From an uncultured virus (IMG/VR IMGVR_UViG_3300032246_002559) (taxonomy: Duplodnaviria > Heunggongvirae > Uroviricota > Caudoviricetes): 64,000 nucleotides of DNA. Every line of letters begins with the position of its first letter. Position 1 is the first letter of the stretch. The position numbers and the translations under genes are program-made. The stretch lies in the IMG/VR virus record IMGVR_UViG_3300032246_002559; one strand, given 5' to 3'. Positions 10,167 through 19,374 of this stretch are shown here, piece after piece. The notes under the pieces are model-generated. The model had not been told where the DNA came from and ran no database searches. It was given only the letters and a program-made list of their open reading frames with translations.

Positions 10167-10476
10167 GACATACCTCCTACTGGTTTTACACCAGAGGAAT
10201 ATGGGTGGGGGAAACACAGGTCCACCGGACAAGAAGGGGTGTTACTTTTGGGGTTGATGGCTTGGTGTGTCGGAAGGCCCCCCCGGCGGCGGGCGTGCGG
10301 CGCGTCGGTCGTGTTCAAGTATATAAACACCCTACCAACTATCTTGATTCTATTGTGGGAATTATCTTGACTATTTCAAGCGAATATGGTTTACTTTCAA
10401 CCGCTGAATGGTGCCTCATTCAGCACGCCGTAGGTGGTTTCCTATGGTGCGAAACTGGCACGATTGGAGAGCTTCG

Positions 10477-11487
10477 ATGTACATCATTTCAACGGTTTTC
10501 GGCTGGGTTTTGGCTCTTGTCGGGTTTGTTTTCGGTCGTCGCAAGGTGTCGAAGGTTCCCGGTCCGGGCATTCCAGCGCCGGGACGTGTCTTCTACCCTC
10601 CCGTTGAGTGTACCGGTGAAACCAGTGCCCTTTCAGCTCTTCAAAGAGCGTGGAAGGCGGTTAACCTTCGATCGGCTAACAGAATTGAAAACCCGGTCGA
10701 TAGAAAGGCCGAAAACGAGGCCTTTGCAGACCTGGAACGTCTCATAAGGCCAACGCTCGAGCTGTGCGCCAAAACTGGCGCCATAGCAAAACAGTCTCGA
10801 GCAAGCGCACCGAACGAGGCAAGAGGAAAGGCCTCTGGTGTGACGGCTAAACCAAACATCCAGCAAGAAATTTCTGATCACGCTAGGCGTGGGGACGATC
10901 AGGCGTCCCACCATGCGGCCGATTCGGTCATAGGGACGGTGTTTCTAAGCTTCATCGATGCTACGAAAACGGACCAGCCGTGTCCCTTTAGGGGACAATC
11001 GAAAAACGGCAATCCGGCGACGGATCGGACGGTTATAGCATACGTTTGTCGCATAGCTGCGATGATCTGGTCGGAGCTGGTGAATGGTCGGGCACGCGGC
11101 GTCAAGCGAGACGCTGATGGGGTGGCGATCGATCCAAAGCAAGAAAAACCTGTTACCCTCGAGGGTAATGAGGTCGTCAGCCGAGAGGTCGATCCAGCCA
11201 TTCAGGCTGAACAGACCGATCCGGACATGATTCAGAGGATCGAAGAGGTCATATACTTCACCATCAACAACTACCCTGAGGATGTGATCATCCTCTGGGC
11301 CACCTCGATCAACGGGGTAGAGGGGGTAAAGCCTTGGGAAGGCATCCGCTCGATGAAAAAATGTTACGGGCTGAGAAAGGAAATGCTGGCCGAACTGGGC
11401 CAGGGCCTCGAACTCTTCAGAGGGCCAGCCGTGAACGAGGCCATCCAACGGATGGCTGACAAGTACTCGCCGACGACGGTGAGCTGA
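10477..11487 (+). CDS. Divergent ECF-sigma-like protein with N-terminal hydrophobic anchor
   Basis: GGAGAG SD; EAFADLERLIRP, AADSVIGTVFLSF and AYVCRIAAMIWSELV resemble ECF region 2; DPAIQAEQ...YPEDVIILW resembles the start of region 4. Confidence 0.45.
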   Translation: MYIISTVFGWVLALVGFVFGRRKVSKVPGPGIPAPGRVFYPPVECTGETSALSALQRAWKAVNLRSANRIENPVDRKAENEAFADLERLIRPTLELCAKTGAIAKQSRASAPNEARGKASGVTAKPNIQQEISDHARRGDDQASHHAADSVIGTVFLSFIDATKTDQPCPFRGQSKNGNPATDRTVIAYVCRIAAMIWSELVNGRARGVKRDADGVAIDPKQEKPVTLEGNEVVSREVDPAIQAEQTDPDMIQRIEEVIYFTINNYPEDVIILWATSINGVEGVKPWEGIRSMKKCYGLRKEMLAELGQGLELFRGPAVNEAIQRMADKYSPTTVS

Positions 11488-11498
11488 CAACAACCACC

Positions 11499-11524
11499 GG
11501 GGGGGAGCCGATCGGCTCCCCCCC
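11499..11524. repeat. Perfect 26-bp palindrome
   Basis: GGGGGGGAGCCGATCGGCTCCCCCCC. Confidence 0.9.
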
Positions 11525-11559
11525 ACCACCACCACCACCTGTTTTTGGAGTAGCTAGCT

Positions 11560-11739
11560 ATGGTTCGTGCAACGAAAACGATTGTTCGGTTTGTAAATGC
11601 TTTCTTGGCCGCGGATGAAGCCGCGATGAAAGCCATCTGGTTAGAAGCGGCCGAAAGGCCCAAGCTGGCCGAAAAGCTTAGGAGGATAGAAGCCGATCTG
11701 GTCGACCAGATCGAGGCGGGCGCTGACATCTGGAAGTGA
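11560..11739 (+). CDS. Small hypothetical protein (59 aa, not in ORF track)
   Basis: GGAG SD; MVRATKTIVRFVNAFLAADEAAMK...DIWK; followed by terminators. Confidence 0.6.
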   Translation: MVRATKTIVRFVNAFLAADEAAMKAIWLEAAERPKLAEKLRRIEADLVDQIEAGADIWK

Positions 11740-11758
11740 GGCGCCAAGAGGTTAACAC

Positions 11759-11837
11759 GGGGGGGGAGCGAATCGCTCCCTCCCCTTTTTTTGTTGCCAC
11801 CCAAGGGGGGGAGCCAATCGGCTCCCCCCCTTTTTTT
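11759..11837 (+). terminator. Two tandem G-run/C-run intrinsic terminators
   Basis: GGGGGGGGAGCGAATCGCTCCCTCCCC-T7 and GGGGGGGAGCCAATCGGCTCCCCCCC-T7. Confidence 0.8.
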
Positions 11838-11873
11838 GTCGCCAGACCGGCCGCGTCCCACCCCTCTTGTCCT

Positions 11874-12003
11874 GGCCCTACCGGGCCGGTTGACATTGTG
11901 GAATAGCAAGCGAATATCTGTCGGAGACCGGCCGGTCCCCCTCCCCGTCTCCTCTTTGTACCGGCCCTACCGGGCCGGTTGACATTGTGGAATAGCAAGC
12001 GAA
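11874..12003 (+). repeat. 41-bp direct repeat x2, a variant of the cassette core
   Basis: GGCCCTACCGGGCCGGTTGACATTGTGGAATAGCAAGCGAA at 11874 and 11963. Confidence 0.9.
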
Positions 12004-12135
12004 AATATGAAAAACAGGCTCATCCTGCTGCACATATTAAGCTTCTCAAAAACTCCCGAAAAAATCGTGAAAAAGTGCCTGTTGCTGCTGCTCAAATTAT
12101 GAGAGGTGCGAATGCAACGCTCGCACACTCACATA
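11963..12135 (+). promoter_or_regulatory. Cassette regulatory element 1 (no downstream ORF)
   Basis: Bipartite motifs at 12009 and 12069, leader hairpin 12101-12130, then directly a terminator. Confidence 0.65.
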
Positions 12136-12138
12136 TCA

Positions 12139-12557
12139 GGGCGGGAGGCGAAAGCCTCTCGCCTTTTTTTGTTTTTCTTCTACCGGCCGCGGTTGTCCCG
12201 GCCGCTCTGGGCCGGTTGAAATTTTGGAAAAGCAAGCGAAAAAGGCGATCATGCCGCTGCACTTATCTAAATCCTCAAAAACCTCGAAAAAATTATCTTC
12301 TCTGCTGCACTATTATGTTGGCGATCTTACTGGCGCCCGCGGCGCCCGCGTGTACCGGCCGCGCATAGCCGGTCGAAATTTTGGAAAAGCAAGCGAAAAA
12401 GACGATCATCCTGCTGCACTTATCTAACCTTCTCAAAACCTCGAAAAAAATCGTGAAAAAGTGCTTTCTGCCGCTGCTCAAATAGTGAGGAGTGTGAGTA
12501 CAACGCTCACACACTCACACACACGGGCACATGAGTGCCCACGCATGGGGACACATT
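12139..12557 (+). promoter_or_regulatory. Cassette regulatory element 2 (terminator plus doubled unit)
   Basis: GAAA-loop terminator at 12139; motifs at 12238, 12286, 12395, 12455; leader hairpins and AC run. Confidence 0.75.
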
Positions 12558-12821
12558 ATGAGCAACGCATTCATTGCCATTGACAGGAAGCTTTGCATCC
12601 CAGAAGTTCGGGATGCGATCCTGGCCCTTACCCTGCCCGAGGGGGAACTGACGACAATCAAGCTACGAGTCTATGGGGGCGGCCTCTGGGAGGTGGTCTG
12701 TGACGCGGGGGGGGCGGTTCCAGTACCATTCAACGATCGCCATAAGGAAACCTTCTGGCTCTGGCAGGGCGACTGCCCTGAGGAAGCAACACATGCGGCC
12801 GCATGGATGATAAGGTCATAG
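12558..12821 (+). CDS. Cassette hypothetical protein
   Basis: MSNAFIAIDR; begins right after the leader and ends before the next terminator. Confidence 0.7.
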   Translation: MSNAFIAIDRKLCIPEVRDAILALTLPEGELTTIKLRVYGGGLWEVVCDAGGAVPVPFNDRHKETFWLWQGDCPEEATHAAAWMIRS

Positions 12822-12844
12822 TCCAGCGCGCCTTGCTGACTCTT

Positions 12845-13110
12845 GGGGCGGGGGGCCGAAAGGCCCCTCGCCCTTTTTTTGTTTTTCTTCTGCCGGCCGC
12901 GGCTGTACCGGCCGCGCATAGCCGGTCGAAATTTTGGAAAAGCAAGCGAAAAAGCCGGATTCCCCGCTGCACTTATCTAACCTTGCAAAAACCTCGAAAA
13001 AAATCGTGAAAAAGCTACCCTTCCCGCTGCTCAAATAGTGAGGAGTGCAAGTACAACGCTTGCACACTCACACACACGGGCACATGAGTGCCCACACATG
13101 GGGAACACAC
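12845..13110 (+). promoter_or_regulatory. Cassette regulatory element 3
   Basis: Terminator at 12845; motifs at 12948 and 13008; leader hairpins. Confidence 0.75.
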
Positions 13111-13479
13111 ATGGCACGCACACAGGACGCAGTACGGGAGTTGGTCACCGAGCGCATGCGGGAGGACCGCGCCTTCACGCTCTCCATGCTCTTAGAGCTT
13201 TACATGCGGCAAACCGACTCGGAAAAATCCGCCAAGCAGGCGGGCGTGGAGAACGGGGAAGGGTTCGGTCGGGTCGATGCCCCCATCCTGACTTCTTTCG
13301 CGGAGCAATGTATCACGTGGGGGTCTGTCCCCCCCGCGAAGCGGAAGTACAAGAGTCCCCTGTCTGAGAAACAAATGGGGATAGTCCGAAACCGCCTTGC
13401 CAAGTACAGTAGGCAAGTCTGGGACATCATGGAGGGGCACGACCGTGGCGCTCCCATGGTCGCATGGGAGATCTACTAG
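13111..13479 (+). CDS. Cassette hypothetical protein
   Basis: MARTQDAV...; LYMRQTDSEK...NGEGFGRVDAPILTSFAEQ...LSEKQ...KYSRQ resembles a recurring phage family (recollection only). Confidence 0.75.
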   Translation: MARTQDAVRELVTERMREDRAFTLSMLLELYMRQTDSEKSAKQAGVENGEGFGRVDAPILTSFAEQCITWGSVPPAKRKYKSPLSEKQMGIVRNRLAKYSRQVWDIMEGHDRGAPMVAWEIY

Positions 13480-13546
13480 GCGACGACAGAAGGGGGCGGG
13501 CATGGTGTCCGCCCCCTGTTCGGGACATGTTTGAGGAGGCTATGCA

Positions 13547-13798
13547 ATGTTGTATTGCGCTGAGATTGTGGACCATTACTGCGATCCTTACCACTACCCC
13601 GCGGAATACCGGGCAGAGGCCCGGTCCTACCGCGGAGTCGGGTGGGGCAAGACCCCGCTCAAGGCCCTGGAGCGGGCCAGGCAGGACCAGCTCCGCGAGT
13701 ACCGGTCCGACCCAGAAAGGAGTGATCACCACCTGGTCCTGGTGACCAAGGTGGTCTACGACAGGCAGGGGCGGGAGTTCCTGAACCTCGGCGACTGA
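13547..13798 (+). CDS. Cassette hypothetical protein, paralog of 14551..14805
   Basis: GAGGAGG SD; shares DHY.DP.HYP, GWGKTP.KALERA, HHLVLVTKV and REFLNLGD with its paralog. Confidence 0.8.
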   Translation: MLYCAEIVDHYCDPYHYPAEYRAEARSYRGVGWGKTPLKALERARQDQLREYRSDPERSDHHLVLVTKVVYDRQGREFLNLGD

Positions 13799-13803
13799 CA
13801 GAT

Positions 13804-14239
13804 GGGGGGCGGGGGGCGAAAGCCCCTCGCCCTTTTTTTGTTTTTCTTCTCCCGGCCGCGGCTGTCCCGGCCGCGCATAGCCGGTCGAAATTTTGGAAAA
13901 GCAAGCGAAAAAGGCGATGATCCTGCTGCACTTATCTACCCTTCCTAAAACCTCGAAAAAAATCGTGAAAAAGTTATCCTTGCCGCTGCACTATTGTGTT
14001 GGCGATCTTACCGCCTCCGCGGCGCCCGCGTGTACCAGCCGCGCATAGCGGGTTGAAAATTTGGAAAAGCAAGCGAAAAAGATGGGTATCTCGCTGCACT
14101 TATCTAGCCTTCTGCCAATCTCGAAAAAAATCGTGAAAAAGTTCTCGATCCCGCTGCTCAAATAGTGAGGGGTGCAAATGTGGCACCCACACACACACGC
14201 CCAGCACGCAAGTGCTGGTGTTCACACGAGGACGCACGC
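13804..14239 (+). promoter_or_regulatory. Cassette regulatory element 4 (doubled unit)
   Basis: Terminator at 13804; motifs at 13907, 13967, 14075, 14135. Confidence 0.75.
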
Positions 14240-14488
14240 ATGAAGGCTCTCAATCCACGGGTTATCGCTTGTGCGATAGCCGCCATCTTGGCGAACCACG
14301 ACGGAGGCATCGGGGTAAGACTCATGAGCAGCCCTCGAGGCTACATAGTGGAATCAACGGAAGAACCCGCCCCCGAGGGGTGGGAAGTACTAGCAGAGGA
14401 CACTCTGGATGGCGGGTCCACACAGGAGATGATCGTGATGTCGGCATACTATTTGGTCGAGAGCGCGATTCTGGGGGTGAAAGTCTAG
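14240..14488 (+). CDS. Cassette hypothetical protein
   Basis: GAGG SD; MKALNPRV. Confidence 0.7.
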   Translation: MKALNPRVIACAIAAILANHDGGIGVRLMSSPRGYIVESTEEPAPEGWEVLAEDTLDGGSTQEMIVMSAYYLVESAILGVKV

Positions 14489-14550
14489 TCGGTGAGGACG
14501 GGGGGCGGGTATGGTGCCCGCCCCCTGTTCGGGACTTCTGGGAGATTCAT

Positions 14551-14805
14551 ATGTGCAATATGTACATGGCGCAGGTCACAGACCATTACGATGATCCTTG
14601 GCATTACCCGTCTGAATTCCGGAACGAGGCCCGCCCCTACACGGGGATAGGGTGGGGGAAGACCCCAGCCAAGGCTCTTGAGCGTGCCTTTATGGACAAG
14701 GCTCGTGAGTACAACCGCGCCCCAGACGGGTGCGAGCACCACCTGGTTCTCGTCACAAAGGTCATCTACAAGAACGGTAGGGAGTTTCTGAACCTCGGCG
14801 ACTGA
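14551..14805 (+). CDS. Cassette hypothetical protein, paralog of 13547..13798
   Basis: GGAG SD; same motifs as its paralog. Confidence 0.8.
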   Translation: MCNMYMAQVTDHYDDPWHYPSEFRNEARPYTGIGWGKTPAKALERAFMDKAREYNRAPDGCEHHLVLVTKVIYKNGREFLNLGD

Positions 14806-14810
14806 AAGAT

Positions 14811-15054
14811 GGGGCGGGGGGCGAAAGCCCCTCGCCCTTTTTTTGTTTTTTCTTCCGCGGCCGCGGCTGTCCCGGCCGTTTTAGGCCGGTCGAAAATTTG
14901 GAAAAGCAAGCGAAAAAGGTGGCCATCCCGCTGCACTTATCTTAAGCTTCAGCAGACGCCGAAAAAATTCTCGAAAAACCTCTGGCTGGCGCTGCTCAAA
15001 TAGTGGGAGGCGACAATGCCTCCACACACACACACACACACACGGAGTGCGCAT
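14811..15054 (+). promoter_or_regulatory. Cassette regulatory element 5
   Basis: Terminator at 14811; motifs at 14912 and 14973; GGAGGC/GCCTCC hairpin; long AC run; ACGGAG. Confidence 0.75.
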
Positions 15055-15941
15055 ATGAGATTCCCAAGTATTGCGAGCGTGACAGTGGCGCTCAAGCAGG
15101 CCCGCGAGGAGGCACGCAAGTACGTGGATCCGGGGGAGGACATGGATGTCCGACTCCAGGTGTACGAGGACGGGGCGTGGGCGCTCCGTACCGGCTTGTC
15201 GGACTATGATCAGGACCACCGCGGTTTCTGGGGGGCGGGGTCGGTGACAGCCTCGTCCATGGTCAAGGACCTCAGGCAAACGGCAAAGGATCTGTTGGAA
15301 CAAGTTCGGGACGCTTATGCGTCCTGTGGGAGGTGAGTCATGAAAACGGTTCAGGTTGGGTGTGGTATGGAACGACGCGAGTACGACCGTGGCACCTACG
15401 TAGTGACGAGGATGCCGTGGGGGTGTTTTGTCCGGGGCAAGGCCATCTGTCCAGACGGCAAGCCGCGAGCCGTAAGGTTGGCCATCACGGCCGACACTTT
15501 CTTTTCGATCCCGGCGTCGGTGGTCTTCCGGGGCAAGCGAGTGACGGGATTCGTCACCTTTGCCGAGGACGGTGACGAGACATGGGTGGAGTTCAGGGTA
15601 ATATTCGGCCGGAAGAACTCCGGCGCCTTTCAGGGGACAGTAAAATGAAAAGTACGATCAAGCGTGAGTTTCCTTCGACCACAATCGGGATGATCGACGC
15701 CAACGGGGTCGATCTGACCTCGAGGTCGAAGGGTGTAACAGTCGAGTTACACCTTAGGGACGGAAGTCCCGTCTGCGCCGAAGTATATGACACGAAAACC
15801 GGTGGCAATAACCACCACGCCGAGATCGGTCTGATTGTCGAAGAGGGCGAACTAATCGACTACGATGGCGTGTTCGACCTGCCCAAGGAAGTTATGTCGA
15901 TGTGTCAAGAGCTGGGAGTCAAGAACGGACTGGGCATTTGA
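15055..15941 (+). CDS. Cassette of three small hypothetical genes (15055-15336, 15340-15648, 15645-15941)
   Basis: Abutting or overlapping ORFs with SD-like sites between two elements. Confidence 0.7.
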
Positions 15942-16005
15942 CCTAGGGGCGGGGGCGGGGGTAGTACCCCCCCCCCGGTGATACCGGTGTGTGGCCGGTG
16001 TGTGT

Positions 16006-16243
16006 GGGGGCGGGGGGCGAAAGCCCCTCGCCCTTTTTTTGTTTTTTCTTCCGCGGCCGCGGCTGTCCCGGCCGTTTTAGGCCGGTCGAAAATTTGGAAA
16101 AGCAAGCGAAAAAGCTGGCCGCCCCGCTGCACTTATCCTATACTTCAACGGAAGCCCAAAAAAATCTCGAAAAACCTATTGCTGGCGCTGCTCAAATAGT
16201 GGGAAGCAACGATGCCTCTCAGACACACACACGGAGCACATAG
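16006..16243 (+). promoter_or_regulatory. Cassette regulatory element 6
   Basis: Terminator at 16006; motifs at 16108 and 16169. Confidence 0.75.
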
Positions 16244-17439
16244 ATGGACATGGAGAAGCTTAAGGCGCGTGCCGCCGAGATGGCGGATAACTGGCGGAAG
16301 TGGGAGTGTTTCTCTTGGTCAGAACCAAGGGAAGGGGTGTGGACGCTCGTCTACACCCACAACCGGGACTCTAGTCTCCTGAATCGGGTAAATGCACAGG
16401 TGATAGATGGGGAGATGTCAAAGTTCGGGGAAGACGCTGTCCCCGAGGACCACAGCCACTTCGCCTGTGGTTGGGTGAAGGGGTGGGCCATAAGGGTCTA
16501 CGATGAAGCAGGAGGAGTGACGGAGGCGTTTCAAGCATGGGAAAGATTGTGCGACAAGGCGGAGGACCAACCGATCCTCGACGAGGATCTGTACAGTGCG
16601 GCCGAGTGTGACGCTCTCTGGGACGAGGTTTCGCAGATTGTCCGTCGGCTGGCCAACCAAAAGTTTAATGAGACGCCGACGGATGAGACCGTAATGCAGG
16701 TCATAGGAATACTCTCTCTCTCGTACCACGAGCATCGTGGTCCGGACGAAGATAAGATCGAAGCAGTATTGGTCGAGAAGATGGGTTTCACTTACGAGGA
16801 GGTGTGGAATGTCTGAGTCTGATTACAACGGATGGAAGAACCACGCGACATGGGCAATGAACCTGTACCTCAGCGAAAGCTGGGGGGAATCTGCCCAGGA
16901 GCTTTATAACTCAAGCCGAGGGACCGTGTCTCTCAGCCGCAGGGAAGAGGCGACTATCGCCTTGGGCAAGGCGATGAAGGAACAGGCTGAGGACGACTTC
17001 CCCGAACTGCCACAGCCGTGGCATGACCTCATGAGGGGAGCGTTTGACACTGTGGGGTGGTACGAATTGGCCGATGGCGTTATGTCATCTACTGTGGTCG
17101 AGGGGGATTGATATGAGTAATTTGGCAGACAGAATAGTCTCTTTGTCTCGTTCTGGCAGGTGGGATTTCACTTTGGAGGAAGGGCGGGGCGAGACATATT
17201 ATCACTTTCGCCCGGTCTTGTATGGGCACACGACCTATGAGAGAGGCAGCGTCCTCGCTGGTCAGTCTCGAAGAGTATACATCGACGAATGGGAAACCTG
17301 GTCCGAAGCCCGAGCCGCGGTCGCCGCGGTAAAGAAACAGTTGAAGCGATTCCGCTTCAGTGACCTCGGGGACCGAGGGGGAAGTACTCACGTCTCATTG
17401 GAAGCAATGACCCGGCATTTGCCGGACGATTCAGAGTGA
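16244..17439 (+). CDS. Cassette of three hypothetical genes (16244-16816, 16809-17111, 17113-17439)
   Basis: Coupled ORFs; the second starts with YNGWKNHATW, a motif recurring in phage early proteins. Confidence 0.7.
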
Positions 17440-17463
17440 ATCCGGTGTGTGGCCGGTGTGTGT

Positions 17464-17709
17464 GGGGGCGGGGGGCGAAAGCCCCTCGCCCCTTTTTTTG
17501 TTTTTTTCCGCGGCCGCGGCTGTCCCGGCCGTTTTAGGCCGGTCGAAAATTTGGAAAAGCAAGCGAAAAAGCTGGGCGCCCCGCTGCACTTATCGGCTCA
17601 AATTATTTCAGCCAAAAAATTCCCGAAAAACATCTCGCCGCCACTGCTCAAATAGTGGGAGGCAACAAACGCCAACCGCACACAGACACACAGACACACG
17701 GAGAAACAC
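17464..17709 (+). promoter_or_regulatory. Cassette regulatory element 7
   Basis: Terminator at 17464; motifs at 17565 and 17625. Confidence 0.75.
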
Positions 17710-18896
17710 ATGAGCGTGCCACAATTTCTTACGATCGACCTGAAGCGGGTAGCGGAGGAGTGCTTCACCCCTAGGGAATTGTTCAAGTTGGCGCATTGTG
17801 GGGTAGACCCGATGCGGGCGGTGTGCGCCTGGACCGATCCTCTCATGGACGGGCTGGAGGAGGTGCATGGGTTCGAGGCTACTATCCTCGATTACATCAA
17901 GGAGAACTACGCTGTCAAGGCTGACTGACGAGTAGGCAACAAGACACCAATAGAAGGGGATGGTTAGTCATGGGAAGGTTGTTCGAGATCGAAGATGTAA
18001 AGACCGCAGTGGACTTGGGCCACACGGTCTACTGCGATTCCAAAAGCTACACCGTGATCAAGAAAGGTGGTGAGTACTTCATCGCCTACCACGGGGGCGG
18101 GATGATCGGCCTACACGGCCAAGAAGGTACCCCGTACGAACGGGTTCTGAACGGCAAACTCTTTTGGATCGAAAGGAGCAAGTGATGCAGACATGGGATA
18201 TTCCAGCTCGGTCGCTTCGGGACGATATGACTCACGTTCGGGTGGCTATCGTCTACAGGAAAGGCGAGGGGCGATGCCCCAGAGGGTATTATCTTTCCGT
18301 CAACCCGATCAAGATCGACAACGACTTTGTGATCTGCCCTCTTGGAAGAGGGCGGGTCGCCACTCTGGCTGTTGTGGCACGTAGTAGTTCAAAGCTGGCC
18401 GCGGCGGCCGCGGTTCAGGTGGAAAGAGAAATTCAGTTCCGGCTCGGTCGGACCTGGGACATGGTCGTTGGCGTCGCTGATCAGAACTGTCTTGAACTGG
18501 AGGACAAACAATGTACGACCTCAACCTGAGCTGGATGGCGTTGCGCCAACAGCAAGAGTGGCTTCTTCGGCTCAACCCGTCTGCTGAGTCGGAAGGGCTG
18601 TTGTCTTTGATCGCAGCCCTGCAGGGGCAAGGCGTTAAGCAGTTCGGCGAGATGTTGGTCTATGGTAAAGAGGAGGGTGGGAAATGAGTTACTCGTACGA
18701 GTGGCAGGGCGTAGGTATTTTGTTGCGCTTTCCGAAGGGCGCCACCCTATTCGTTCAAGGCGAAGAGGGTAATGAGTTGGACGACGAACTCAACGACGCT
18801 GAGACGGACGAAGACGTCGAGCGCATCATCCGGCAGTACGAGGATAATCTCCCCGAGGAGTACCTCGAGCAATGCCGAAAGGAGAGTGCGGAGTGA
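17710..18896 (+). CDS. Cassette of small hypothetical genes (17710-17928, 17970-18185, ~18185-18529, 18684-18896)
   Basis: Co-oriented short ORFs with SD-like sites. Confidence 0.65.
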
Positions 18897-19089
18897 TGAT
18901 GGTATTAGCAGTAGGGGCGGGGGTAATCCTCGCCCTTTGGGGCGCCCGCGGTGCGCGGTCTTGATTCTCGGACCGGGCGAAAGCCTGGTCCATATCGCCC
19001 CGTAGGGGTTGATAAGTAGGGGGCGCCAGCCCCCTTGGTCCTTGGTGGCGTCACAGCCACACAAGGCCGGTTGCCCAGGTCTTGTCTTG

Positions 19090-19374
19090 ACCGAAAACCG
19101 CGGAAAAACATGTCGGCGCCGCTGCACTTATATAGTGGCGCTTATGCGCACGCATCTCGCGCCGCGGCGCGTATCGTGCGGCGCGGCGCGCGCGTACTGC
19201 CCGCACTGGGCGGGTTGAAAATTTGGAAAAGCAAGCGAAAAAGATGGCTGCCCTGCTGCACTTATCTTAACTATCGTGTGAACCTCGAAAAATTCTAGAA
19301 AAACACCGCCGCGCCGCTGCTCAAATAGTGAGAGGCGGAAAACGCTTCCTGACACACACACACACGGGTGACAC
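19090..19374 (+). promoter_or_regulatory. Cassette regulatory element 8 (variant, three motifs)
   Basis: Motifs at 19103, 19237, 19298; AC-rich leader; canonical terminator absent. Confidence 0.7.

Noticed and set aside
11678..12514. ORF-track proteins over the repeats (e.g. KFWKSKRK-containing ORFs, and similar at 12803, 14809, 15978, 17447)
   Set aside because: They are translations of the repeat element, cross terminators, lack SDs and are not frame-conserved between copies
13547..14805. DGR template/variable repeat pair
   Set aside because: Differences are not adenine-specific, both copies are coding, and no reverse transcriptase is seen
15023..15043. (AC)n as a phase-variable microsatellite
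   Set aside because: Lies in an untranslated leader and recurs in interrupted forms in other elements; better explained as an unstructured leader
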